DNA of 64,000 bases, taken from Flavihumibacter sp. (GTDB lineage: Bacteria; Bacteroidota; Bacteroidia; Chitinophagales; Chitinophagaceae). A model generated the notes under the pieces. The model saw only the letters and a program-made list of their open reading frames with translations, was not told the DNA's origin and did no database searches. Below, piece by piece: positions 18,752 to 28,024 of the stretch. The DNA lies in assembly GCA_036675925.1 (NCBI GenBank), contig JAKFDZ010000002.1, positions 8,786 to 72,785 on the forward strand, written 5' to 3'. Numbering within the stretch: position 1 is the stretch's first letter; every line of letters starts with the position of its first letter. The position numbers were made by a program, and so were the translations under genes.

Positions 18752-18985
18752 ATGGTTATGTTTGGAGAAGCAAAAAAACTATACCTCATTGAGGAAATAT
18801 TAAAGATCGAAAATGATGCGGTACTGGCAGAGGTAGAAACCGTAATAGCTAAAAGTAAACTGCATGCTGTAGGTCGTAAAAGTTTTACTTCATTTGCCGA
18901 AATGTGGACCAAAGAAGAAGCTGATGAACTGGAAAAAAATATAGAAGAAGGATGTGAGCAAATTCATTCCGATGACTGGAAGTAA
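18752..18985 (+). CDS. Putative antitoxin (VapB-like)
   Basis: Small acidic ORF overlapping a PIN gene; TAAATTTG at 18732-18739 favours a start at 18752 or 18758. Confidence 0.7.
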   Translation: MVMFGEAKKLYLIEEILKIENDAVLAEVETVIAKSKLHAVGRKSFTSFAEMWTKEEADELEKNIEEGCEQIHSDDWK

Positions 18986-19361
18986 ATGTCTGCTTGATAC
19001 CAGCGTTATTATACACGCGTTTCGAGAGAATAATGCTGTCTCAATAAAGTTGGATGCTATTGCAGAAGTATATGTACCGTTAATAGTAATAGGTGAATTA
19101 TTTTACGGAGCGTATAAATCGACTGATCCTGTTAAGCATATTGACAGAATACAAATTTTTTTAAGTAACTGTATCATTTTAAATCCGGATGGTGCCACGG
19201 CAGACATGTATGGTAGCATCAAAGCTGCTTTGATGAAAAAGGGTAAACCTATACCTGAAAATGATATCTGGATAGCCGCCATGGCGCTACAATATAATCT
19301 CCCGCTTTTTACTACCGACAAACATTTTGCTGAAGTGGAGACTCTTTCATTGTTTGGTTGA
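18972..19361 (+). CDS. vapC: VapC PIN-domain toxin
   Basis: LLDTSVII, GELFYGA, PIPENDIWIAA, TTDKHF. Confidence 0.9.
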   Translation: MTGSKCLLDTSVIIHAFRENNAVSIKLDAIAEVYVPLIVIGELFYGAYKSTDPVKHIDRIQIFLSNCIILNPDGATADMYGSIKAALMKKGKPIPENDIWIAAMALQYNLPLFTTDKHFAEVETLSLFG

Positions 19362-19391
19362 TAGATTACATTATTTATTTTACCCAACATT

Positions 19392-21281
19392 ATGCATGTC
19401 CGCTGGAAACAATCAGGAAGCGGTAAAACCATTACCACCACCACCAACTATATGGGTGGGATGGTCTTCGAATCGCGCACCACCACACCGCTGGATGCCA
19501 GCCAGCCGGACTATACCCACCGGCTGCAGTTCATTGCCCATGAAGAGGGCAGGGTGCGCTTCACCCCTCTCAGCGGGGCGGTCCCGGCCAGGTTTAGTTA
19601 TGATTACTTCCTGAAAGACCACCTCGGCAATACCCGGATGGTACTGACCGAGGAGGCCAGCTCAGAGACCTATCCGGCATTGAGTTTTGAAGGAGCGGCC
19701 GGCTCGGTAGAGGTACAGAACCAGGACCGCTACTGGGAGAACAAGGCGGGGCAGTCCATCAATGTGGCGGGTGTACGCACCATGCACAGCACGGGTACCA
19801 ATGCCATGCTGACGCGCAAGGACCTCGGGGCCATCGGGGCCGCCAAGCTCTTGAAGGTGATGAGCGGTGATAAGATCCAGACGAGTGTACAGTTCCATTA
19901 TACCGCCACCAATGCCAACAACAGCTCTGCGAGTGGCATCAACAGCCAGGTGGCCAATATCACCCAGCTGATCGCAAACTCCCTATCGCCCAGTGAGGTG
20001 ATCAAGAGCGGGGTGAGCAGCCTGGGCAGCAGCCTCTCATCACAGACGGCCCATGCCAACCTGCTGAATACGGCCAACACTGCCAGCGGCAGCAACCAGG
20101 CACCCAAGGCCTACCTGCATGTGTTGCTGTTCAATGACCAGTTCAAGTTCGATGCCGTCAACAGCAAGGTGATCCCCGTGCCCTATACCGTCAATAGTTG
20201 GGGTACCTTGTCCCGGATAGGTGCAAATGCAGTAAGTGTTAAAAAGAACGGTTATGCCTATGTATATTTTAGCAACGAATCCAATGAGCTGGTATATTTT
20301 GATAACTTTAACCTGACCCAAGAAAGAGGACCCGTGCTGGAGGAAACGCATTACTATCCGTTCGGACTCACCATGGCAGGGATAAGCTCTAAAGCTGCCG
20401 GGAAGCTGGAGAATAAGCGGAAATGGAATTCAGGTAGTGAATTAGAATCTAAAGAGTTCTCTGATGGTAGTGGCGTAGACTTATATGCAACTCAATACAG
20501 AAGTCTTGACCCCCAGGTAGGCAGGTTTTGGGAATTAGACCCCAGGCCGGATTATGCACAGAGTTTATACTCATCAATGAGTAACAACCCAATTAGATAC
20601 AATGACCCGTTAGGCGATTCAATTAATAATCCAAGAGACCAGAGGATTGCTGCACGGATTGAAGGGAATATCAATAGAAAAATTAGCAGTAATGATCAAT
20701 CCATTACTAACTCACAAAACACTATCACAAGTAACAATGAAAAGCTATCCAAGTTAAGGGCTGACGTTGCATCAGGAAGTTTGGCCGGAAAAAATTTAAA
20801 GAGTGCCAATAAGGAAATTGGCAAACTGGAAAAATCTAACGCTAGTGCAAATGCTAATATTACCGAAATGCAGGGACAAAACGCTCTGTTAAATCAGTCA
20901 TTAGGTGATATAGGAAATATGCGAACAGATGTGAATTTCAATTATACATTTGGCTCCCCTGATGCGGGTTCTTCTGCACATTTTATAACAAGAGGTACCG
21001 GTAATAATGTTATCATTCAAGGAAGTAATGATGGGTTATATGTTCATGAAATCAGGCATGTTGGCCAAAGTCTTGCTAACGGGGGGCTTCGTTTTTCATC
21101 ATCTGGCAAGTTAATAGCAGTAGGAAGTCCGGACCGAAATGTAACACGTCAACAGGAAGTGAATGCTTACCAGGTGCAATTTTCTTTTGACAGGAATTCT
21201 TATCCAGCACCTGGGGGCGCAAGAATATTGGCAGATATAAATATTACTTCACTTCTAACCATTCCAGAAAATGAATACTAA
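19392..21281 (+). CDS. N-terminally truncated Rhs protein with C-terminal HExxH metallopeptidase-like toxin
   Basis: YDYFLKDHLGNTRMV, EETHYYPFG, LDPQVGRF, NNPIRYNDPLG, then HEIRH...EVNAY. Confidence 0.85.
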   Translation: MHVRWKQSGSGKTITTTTNYMGGMVFESRTTTPLDASQPDYTHRLQFIAHEEGRVRFTPLSGAVPARFSYDYFLKDHLGNTRMVLTEEASSETYPALSFEGAAGSVEVQNQDRYWENKAGQSINVAGVRTMHSTGTNAMLTRKDLGAIGAAKLLKVMSGDKIQTSVQFHYTATNANNSSASGINSQVANITQLIANSLSPSEVIKSGVSSLGSSLSSQTAHANLLNTANTASGSNQAPKAYLHVLLFNDQFKFDAVNSKVIPVPYTVNSWGTLSRIGANAVSVKKNGYAYVYFSNESNELVYFDNFNLTQERGPVLEETHYYPFGLTMAGISSKAAGKLENKRKWNSGSELESKEFSDGSGVDLYATQYRSLDPQVGRFWELDPRPDYAQSLYSSMSNNPIRYNDPLGDSINNPRDQRIAARIEGNINRKISSNDQSITNSQNTITSNNEKLSKLRADVASGSLAGKNLKSANKEIGKLEKSNASANANITEMQGQNALLNQSLGDIGNMRTDVNFNYTFGSPDAGSSAHFITRGTGNNVIIQGSNDGLYVHEIRHVGQSLANGGLRFSSSGKLIAVGSPDRNVTRQQEVNAYQVQFSFDRNSYPAPGGARILADINITSLLTIPENEY

Positions 21282-22053
21282 TTTTTATTGCCTGCAACTA
21301 TATATAAGCATGTTGCACCGCTTTTCCTCTTTGTTGATTTGCTTAATACTGCTCCTCTTTTTACTATCTTGTAGCAGCCAGAAAAGGGCATATGTATCAC
21401 ACAGGAACGAAATTCCCGTTGTTGTTGGTCAATATAAAAGCGAGAACGGGAAAGAAATTTTAACTATTAGCGAGAATAGGACATTTGTATGTTTTCGACA
21501 GTATACCCAAAACTATGATGTAGTCGTGCCTTCGTGTGATACCATAGCATCAGGTTTTTGGGAAAAAAGAGAAGGATTTTTGTTGTTAAAGAATAAAAAC
21601 CTATTCAATAATATAATCTATGAGGTTGCTGAATCCAAAACAGATATAAAAGATTCTCTAGCGTTTAAAATTGTGCTTCCAGAGGAGGACGCATTGAACT
21701 ATAATATTTTCAGATTTATAGCAACCTCAAGTTTTTTTAAAAAGTTATATAATGAATTTGACAAACCTGATTTTTCTATTAAAACTAACGGCTCGTTAGA
21801 TGGATTATCATTTAATTTTTCCATTAAGAATATTGCTATAGTTGCCGATAATGGTAAAAAGTCATATCAGAGGCCATACTTTTATGTATTTGAGAATTTT
21901 AGACCAAGAAATAAGAGTTCGAATTTTTTTACAATCACTGTAAAAAATTTTACTCAGTGTTTTTATGAGGCAATGGATGTAGATGGCGAAGTTGTGGGTA
22001 TTGAAGGTGGCAGCCTAATTTGGAGAGGATATATCTATAAGAAAATAAAATGA
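21271..22053 (+). CDS. Putative cognate immunity lipoprotein
   Basis: Overlaps the Rhs stop; hydrophobic stretch ending LLSC; AT-rich; true start may be 21310. Confidence 0.65.
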   Translation: MNTNFYCLQLYISMLHRFSSLLICLILLLFLLSCSSQKRAYVSHRNEIPVVVGQYKSENGKEILTISENRTFVCFRQYTQNYDVVVPSCDTIASGFWEKREGFLLLKNKNLFNNIIYEVAESKTDIKDSLAFKIVLPEEDALNYNIFRFIATSSFFKKLYNEFDKPDFSIKTNGSLDGLSFNFSIKNIAIVADNGKKSYQRPYFYVFENFRPRNKSSNFFTITVKNFTQCFYEAMDVDGEVVGIEGGSLIWRGYIYKKIK

Positions 22054-22187
22054 ATTGTGGCTAATTTCTTAATAAGATGATCAATGAGCGGTTTTGCCAT
22101 TTTTAGGATGCAAAAGCTTTACGGGTAGTGGCGTCTCTTAAAAAAGCATCAATGATAGTAAAGAGCTGTTTTTTTCTTAATCCTTGA

Positions 22188-22630
22188 GTAACCCACCGAG
22201 CAACCCATTACATACCCGGTAACAATTTTGAGGAAGCAGTTCTTCGATATTACTTGTGTTAAACAGGTGTATGTGTTCCAATATATCTCTCAACCAGTAA
22301 TAAGGATTAATGTTATGTTGTTTGCAGGTGGCTAGGAAAGAGTACACCATCGCATCCCGCAGTGCGGCTAAATAATTACGTGCAAACAAATAATTTTTTT
22401 TGCCTACAGCAATTGGACGAATCGTCTTTTCAACGAGTGTGTTGTCAATATTTCATTGAGCGTCTTTTGTATATATACACAGCTTCTCCTAGCGTGGCAG
22501 GAAGTAACCCATGGCCTGAGCAAAAGGACTCTTCTTAACGACGATTTTGGGCTACTCATTCACCTTCAATGTCTTTAAGGTTTGCAAAATGGGTAAGGCT
22601 TCCTGGTTAGGCAAACTGTAGGCGTTCAGC
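22188..22630 (-). pseudogene. IS66 family transposase (TnpC) 3' remnant
   Basis: SPFAQAMGY...IDNTLVEKTIRPIAVGKKNYLFA...ATCKQHNINPYYWLRDIL...LLPQN with three in-frame stops; GTAA-start IS66-like end at 22188; other boundary approximate. Confidence 0.85.
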
Positions 22631-22694
22631 CATCTTATTTCTTCGTTAGATCGTATTACCAGTTTAGGGTATTTTTTGGTTCCACTTGTACGAT

Positions 22695-22702
22695 TACATT
22701 TG
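22695..22702 (+). promoter_or_regulatory. -7 promoter element TACATTTG upstream of the Rhs-N chimera
   Basis: TAnnTTTG match 72 nt before the ATG at 22775. Confidence 0.45.
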
Positions 22703-22774
22703 AATAACGATGATGGACAACCTAAAATTATTTATTAGGTAACCTTATCCCAACCAACCTATACTGCTTTTACG

Positions 22775-24151
22775 ATGCGAGCCTTTGACCGGTTAAAAAA
22801 TACGCTTCCCTTTTTGGTGGCACTGGTGCTAACAACTACTGCTGAGGCGCAGACCACCCCCATCAATTTTGTTCGCAGCTGGGAAGCGCTTAGTCCGCAA
22901 ACGGACCCTGCTGCCATGGCGGGCAAGCCGCTGAACGAGGTACGGCAAACCACCCAGTACCTGGATGGCCTTGGCCGTCCCCTGCAAACGGTGGTCAGGC
23001 AGGGCAGCCTGAATACCGCCGCCCACCAGACAGCTGCCGTCGACCTGGTGAGCCTCGTGGTGTATGATGCTTTTGGCAGGGAGGCCACCAAATACCTGCC
23101 CTTTGCGGCACATACTAACTCCGGTGGCACGGCGCTGGCCAACGATGGCTCCTATAAGGCTACCGCCCTTGCCCAGCAGAGCTGGTTTTACAGCAACAGC
23201 AATCCGCTGAGCCCCATTAACGGGCAGGGTGATACTAAATATTACGCGCAAACGAACTACGAAGCCTCCCCGCTGAACCGGGTGGATAAGGTGCTTCCTC
23301 CCGGTGAAAGCTGGGTGGGGGCGAGCCGGGGGGTGAGTTCACAGCGCTTCTTCAATACGGCCGTTGATTCGGTGCGGATCTGGACGGTTACAGAAGAAGC
23401 CGGCTTCGGCAAGCTGGGTAGCTACAGTTCTCCCGGCATGTATGGGGCGGGCAAACTCTATAAGAACAGCACGACCGATGAGGCGGGGGGCCAGGTGCTG
23501 GAGTTCACCGACCTGGAAGGTAAAGTGGTATTAAAGAAAGTACAGCAAAATAAAACAGAAATAGGATGGATGTTGTCTATTGAGAAAACGCGAACTGATA
23601 CGGTAATTAAAGATATCCCTTTAAAGCGGAACGGAAAGTTGCCCACATATTATCTAAACAAACCAAATGTGGAAAGGCATTTAGGTTTAAATACATTAGA
23701 AAATGGATTTGATTCAATACAAATACGAATCTGGTATGGTTACGCTTTTATTGATACATCCCAATTGGTGATACTGAAAAATAATAAGAAAGAGTGGGTG
23801 GCGGAACTGGTTACCTTTAAATATCACACTGATAATAGGATTGATTCAGTAAACGCAATTGATAAAACTTCAGTAAAAAGTCAGCCTAAATCGGGATGGT
23901 CCAATTTCATAAATAAGTTGTTTTCTTTGAAAATAACTGAACTCCCTGACTTTTCGAAGGTAAAAAATTACCAAGATATGATGGATGGAGATGACGTGAT
24001 TGTTGAAATATCGACGGTAAATAGCTATCGCATTTTTTCATATAAAGAACCAAGGCATTTCAAAGAAAGAATTCCTGAAGCAAAAAGTATGGAAATGATA
24101 TTGGAATTGGTTGAAGATGAATTCGGATTTCTAAGGTTGAGGAAATTATAG
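22775..24151 (+). CDS. Chimeric ORF: signal peptide plus Bacteroidota Rhs N-terminal (DUF6443-like) domain fused to an AT-rich immunity-like domain
   Basis: TQYLDGLGRPLQTV, YDAFGRE..KYLPF, YEASPLNRV, TTDEAGGQVLEFTDLEGKVVLKKVQ, then an abrupt compositional switch at ~23520-23545. Confidence 0.75.
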   Translation: MRAFDRLKNTLPFLVALVLTTTAEAQTTPINFVRSWEALSPQTDPAAMAGKPLNEVRQTTQYLDGLGRPLQTVVRQGSLNTAAHQTAAVDLVSLVVYDAFGREATKYLPFAAHTNSGGTALANDGSYKATALAQQSWFYSNSNPLSPINGQGDTKYYAQTNYEASPLNRVDKVLPPGESWVGASRGVSSQRFFNTAVDSVRIWTVTEEAGFGKLGSYSSPGMYGAGKLYKNSTTDEAGGQVLEFTDLEGKVVLKKVQQNKTEIGWMLSIEKTRTDTVIKDIPLKRNGKLPTYYLNKPNVERHLGLNTLENGFDSIQIRIWYGYAFIDTSQLVILKNNKKEWVAELVTFKYHTDNRIDSVNAIDKTSVKSQPKSGWSNFINKLFSLKITELPDFSKVKNYQDMMDGDDVIVEISTVNSYRIFSYKEPRHFKERIPEAKSMEMILELVEDEFGFLRLRKL

Positions 24152-24423
24152 ACATGTAATATTTGGGGAAACTTACTATTAATTCGTTTTGTCGAGTCTA
24201 ATGATGTGGTCGTATGATTCAAAAGCTTACACAAGCGATCCTGGTCAATTCAGGCTTTTTAAAACATATGAGTGGTAATTGAAGAAGTCAATAATTATGA
24301 TGCAGAAAAAGAAACTGATAAATAACAATGCTTCAAAATGCAAAATTTACACGTGATAAAAAGGGCATGGTAATATTTTGCATACTAATACGAAATTAAT
24401 TCAGTTGGATTACATTAGATTTT

Positions 24424-24840
24424 ATGAAAAATGAAATTAATTTAAGCTTTTGCATCTGGGATTTTGATGACATAACTCATAATGAAATCACACAATTGAT
24501 TGGGTTGCAGCCTTCAAAGATTTATACGAAGGGCGAAAAAAATACCATCGGCTTGGCCTTGGCAAAAGAAAATGGTTGGATAATAACTACTCCATTAACT
24601 GAATATTCTTCATTTGATGATCAAATGAATTCATTATTAGACATAATTGAATCAAAAATTGATGTTTTCAAGCCTTTGTGTGAAAAATACTATTGTGAGT
24701 TTTCCTGTGCAGTATTTATACGCTATGGCAATGGAGAAAGCATCCCTTGGGTTCATCTAGGCTCAAGATATAATAAGCTCATAAAAGAGTTGAAAATTGA
24801 ATTTGATATAGACATCTATTGCCTTCCTAATGAAGGATAA
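24424..24840 (+). CDS. DUF4279-like putative immunity protein
   Basis: ITQLIGLQPS..YTKGE, W, and C-terminal IEFDIDIY pattern; island context. Confidence 0.65.
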   Translation: MKNEINLSFCIWDFDDITHNEITQLIGLQPSKIYTKGEKNTIGLALAKENGWIITTPLTEYSSFDDQMNSLLDIIESKIDVFKPLCEKYYCEFSCAVFIRYGNGESIPWVHLGSRYNKLIKELKIEFDIDIYCLPNEG

Positions 24841-24925
24841 AATAACATAGTCCTTTATCGCGGGCATTTTTTAAATCTTAAACATGGTTTGGATCAATGC
24901 AATGAGGCAGTAAATAAGTAGTTAT

Positions 24926-25330
24926 ATGATTGTATTGTATTATCGAATTTGGGTGGATTGTATAAGTAGAGCCAGGCGACAGCCCGATAGTAGGCAGAGT
25001 TGGCAGACTAACTGCATGATATTTATGACTCTCGCAATGGCATTTAATTTTATTCTGGCTATGACAATTTTAGAAGAGCATGTTTTTAAAAATTATTTTT
25101 ACAAGCTTGACTTCTCCTTATTACCCGTTCGAATAAATAACGTATTAAGCTATTTAATTCTTTTTATTTTGCCATGTGTTGTTATAAACTACTTACTGAT
25201 TTTTAGAAAAAGAAAGTACGAAAAGCTTTTAAAAAAGTACCCTTATTATAATGGCAAACTATTTCTTATTTATTTCCTAATCTCAATGCTATTGCCCATA
25301 ATACTTTTATGGGGAGCGATCATTTTCTAA
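24926..25330 (+). CDS. Small multi-TM protein, putative orphan immunity
   Basis: Three hydrophobic segments, INYLLIF motif, AT-rich. Confidence 0.65.
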   Translation: MIVLYYRIWVDCISRARRQPDSRQSWQTNCMIFMTLAMAFNFILAMTILEEHVFKNYFYKLDFSLLPVRINNVLSYLILFILPCVVINYLLIFRKRKYEKLLKKYPYYNGKLFLIYFLISMLLPIILLWGAIIF

Positions 25331-25525
25331 TCGTTGCAAACAATAAAGCTAAAATGAAGCCCGGTGCTGCTGGGCTTTATTATTACGAAGCGTACTTTTG
25401 AAGAAGGGATATTATAGTTTAATTGGGCAACCGAAGGTCTAAAAGGGAATTTGCAAGAGTACAGCGAAAAAAGTAAAAAAGCTGGTTGCAATGTCTGTCA
25501 ATTACCACACTAATATTTTATATAA

Positions 25526-25912
25526 ATGTATCAGGCGTATCAATATTTATTCTTCAAATTATATTCTTGGAATAAGATTTTTATCAATAAATCTGAGAAC
25601 CCTACATTAAATGCATTCCTTGCAGTTAGTTTATTGTGTTACATCAACCTTGTAAGTTTTTCATTGTTAATAGAAGCTTTGTTCGGAATTTCGATTTTGA
25701 ATTTTGAAAATTATCATGGCTGGTATTGGATTGGAATTATCTTGGGTGTTATGTTAATAAATTACTTTTTATTAATCTTTAATGGTAAGCATAATAAAAT
25801 AATTCAATATTTTAATAATAATAAATCTATAAAAAAGGATTATGCAATAATTAGTTATATCGTAAGCACTACAGTTCTTATACTCGCAATCTTTGTTTTT
25901 TATATGGTGTGA
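25526..25912 (+). CDS. Small multi-TM protein, putative orphan immunity
   Basis: Same layout as 24926-25330, INYFLLIF motif. Confidence 0.65.
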   Translation: MYQAYQYLFFKLYSWNKIFINKSENPTLNAFLAVSLLCYINLVSFSLLIEALFGISILNFENYHGWYWIGIILGVMLINYFLLIFNGKHNKIIQYFNNNKSIKKDYAIISYIVSTTVLILAIFVFYMV

Positions 25913-26045
25913 ATCCCAAAGATGAAAGCTTTCCCAAAGTTCGGTCGGTAAAGTTTTAAATGACAACAAATTTGAGGTCCTGTTTTTATTAATTTAAAGT
26001 TGAGTGAAAGACCACTATGCCCGTTCGTGCTTATTGGTTCGACAA

Positions 26046-26076
26046 TCCTTCGAGGGTCCTTCGAGCATCCTTCGAG
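26046..26076. repeat. Three TCCTTCGAG direct repeats at 11-bp period
   Basis: 26046, 26057, 26068. Confidence 0.8.
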
Positions 26077-26282
26077 TAGGGTTCGGAGCACCTAAGAAGA
26101 ATGGCATGCCGGGATATTTTTATCCGAATACTAATTGAGTTTCCATGGCCCATGATAGACAATAATACATTGTTGAGGCAGGGGTTTCCAAATCAAACTG
26201 GACAAACAGGCATATGGTATACACAAACGCCATATTTGATGCACGAAGGTTATTCAATTACTTACTGAACGCAATTCCCAAA

Positions 26283-26345
26283 TCTTACCTCTTACATCTT
26301 ACTTCTTACCTACAAATCTTACCTCTTACCTCTTACATCTTACAT
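26283..26345. repeat. Heptamer tandem repeat (TCTTACN)x8
   Basis: Directly visible, one 6-nt interruption; overlaps the fabH stop. Confidence 0.9.
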
Positions 26346-27338
26346 GTCATAGGCCCACTTGATCCACGTGGCTCCCCAGGTAAAACCTCCCCCAAATGCT
26401 GCAAGCACCAAATTATCTCCCTTCTTTAATTCTTTTTCCCATTCCCATAAGCATAATGGAATGGTTCCCGCAGTGGTATTTCCATAGCGCTGGATATTCA
26501 CCATCACTTTTTCTTTAGGAAGGTTCATCCTTTCTGCCGTTGCATCAATGATCCGCAGATTGGCCTGGTGGGGTACCAGCCACGCAATATCATCTCCCGT
26601 CAGGTTATTCCTTTCCAGTAACTCCGCACTTACATCAGCCATTCCCTTCACCGCAAACTTGAAAACGGTTTTGCCTTCCTGGTAGGCAAAATGTTCTTTA
26701 TTGGTAACGGTCTCTATTGTTGCCGGACGCGCAGAGCCTCCCGCCTTCATATTTAAATAATGCCTTCCACTGCCATCTGTCCGCAAAATACTATCAAGCA
26801 CTCCGCTTCCATCAGTTGCAGGCTCCAGTAACACGGCCCCGGCACCATCACCAAAAATCACACAAGTGTTCCGGTCCGAATAATCTATAATGGCACTCAT
26901 CTTATCTGCTCCCACTACTACCACTTTTTTATATCGCCCGCTCTCTATATAAGCAGCACCCGAGGTGAGGGCAAAAAGAAATCCCGAGCAGGCCGCACTC
27001 AAATCATATCCCCATGCATTTACCGCCCCGATCTTATCACATACTATATTTGCAGTTGCCGGAAAAACCATATCGGGTGTAACGGTTGCCACTATCAAAC
27101 AGTCTATCTCAACAGGGTCGATCCCCCTTTTTTTACAGAGCTCCAAAACCGCTGGAACAGCCATATCAGAAGTGGCCTTGCCCTCGCCTTTCAGTATTCG
27201 CCTTTCAGAGATACCGGTACGGGTGCGGATCCATTCATCATTGGTGTCAACCATCTTTTCAAGATCAAAGTTGGTAAGCTTGTCTTCAGGAACATATCCG
27301 CCAACTGCAGTGATGGCGGCAGTGATTTTATTAGTCAT
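26340..27338 (-). CDS. fabH: 3-oxoacyl-ACP synthase III
   Basis: [32 protein letters not shown]. Confidence 0.96.
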   Translation of the reverse strand: MTNKITAAITAVGGYVPEDKLTNFDLEKMVDTNDEWIRTRTGISERRILKGEGKATSDMAVPAVLELCKKRGIDPVEIDCLIVATVTPDMVFPATANIVCDKIGAVNAWGYDLSAACSGFLFALTSGAAYIESGRYKKVVVVGADKMSAIIDYSDRNTCVIFGDGAGAVLLEPATDGSGVLDSILRTDGSGRHYLNMKAGGSARPATIETVTNKEHFAYQEGKTVFKFAVKGMADVSAELLERNNLTGDDIAWLVPHQANLRIIDATAERMNLPKEKVMVNIQRYGNTTAGTIPLCLWEWEKELKKGDNLVLAAFGGGFTWGATWIKWAYDM

Positions 27339-27392
27339 GCGTTTAATTTCGAAAGCGCAGCGAAATTACAGCTAATAGTTTATTTTGCAGCC

Positions 27393-27977
27393 ATGATCGC
27401 TTATCTGAGGGGGAAATTCACGCTTATAACCCCAACAACTGTACATATTGATGTGCAGGGTGTGGGATATGAAGTTTTTATTACATTAAATACATTTGCG
27501 GCTATAGAGGCACTTGAATCCGGACAATTGTTTACGTATCTTCATATCAGGGAAGATGCGCATATTGTTTACGGTTTTCACACAGTGGCCGAAAAAGAGA
27601 TGTTTCTCCAACTGCTGGGTGTGAATGGTGTAGGTGCAGCAACAGCCCGGATGATGTTGTCATCCATGCAACCCGAAGAGATCATTCGCGCCATCACCCA
27701 GGGCAATGCCCGGCAACTTGAATCGGTGAAAGGTATAGGGCGAAAAACCGCGGAAAGGATAGTGCTTGAATTGCGTGATAAGGTAACCCGGCAATCGCTT
27801 GAAGCAAATATTTCAAATGCAGTAGGCAATACTGCCGAACAGGATGCGTTAATTGCCTTGGTAGCATTGGGGATCGCGAGACCCGCAGCAGAAATGGCAT
27901 TGAAAAAAGCGATCAACTCCGGATCTGGTTCTGATAAAGTAGAAGAAATAATTAAATCAGCACTTAAAAACCTCTAA
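27393..27977 (+). CDS. ruvA: Holliday junction branch migration protein RuvA
   Basis: MIAYLRG, GVGYEV, IREDA, GIGRKTAERIVLEL. Confidence 0.96.
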   Translation: MIAYLRGKFTLITPTTVHIDVQGVGYEVFITLNTFAAIEALESGQLFTYLHIREDAHIVYGFHTVAEKEMFLQLLGVNGVGAATARMMLSSMQPEEIIRAITQGNARQLESVKGIGRKTAERIVLELRDKVTRQSLEANISNAVGNTAEQDALIALVALGIARPAAEMALKKAINSGSGSDKVEEIIKSALKNL

Positions 27978-28024
27978 GCCTATAGCTGCACGTTTACCTA
28001 ACTAATTACCTGGGAAAAAAGACT

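Noticed and set aside
22177-22389. Intact 70-aa gene
   Set aside because: It is the tail of the stop-interrupted IS66 transposase.
19364-24417. GATTACATT before three island ORFs (19364, 22692, 24408) as a recombination site
   Set aside because: Short AT-rich word overlapping the promoter consensus; no flanking symmetry and no recombinase in the window.
26214-26429. 71-aa ORF with LTSY repeats
   Set aside because: Translation of the heptamer repeat, antisense to the end of fabH.
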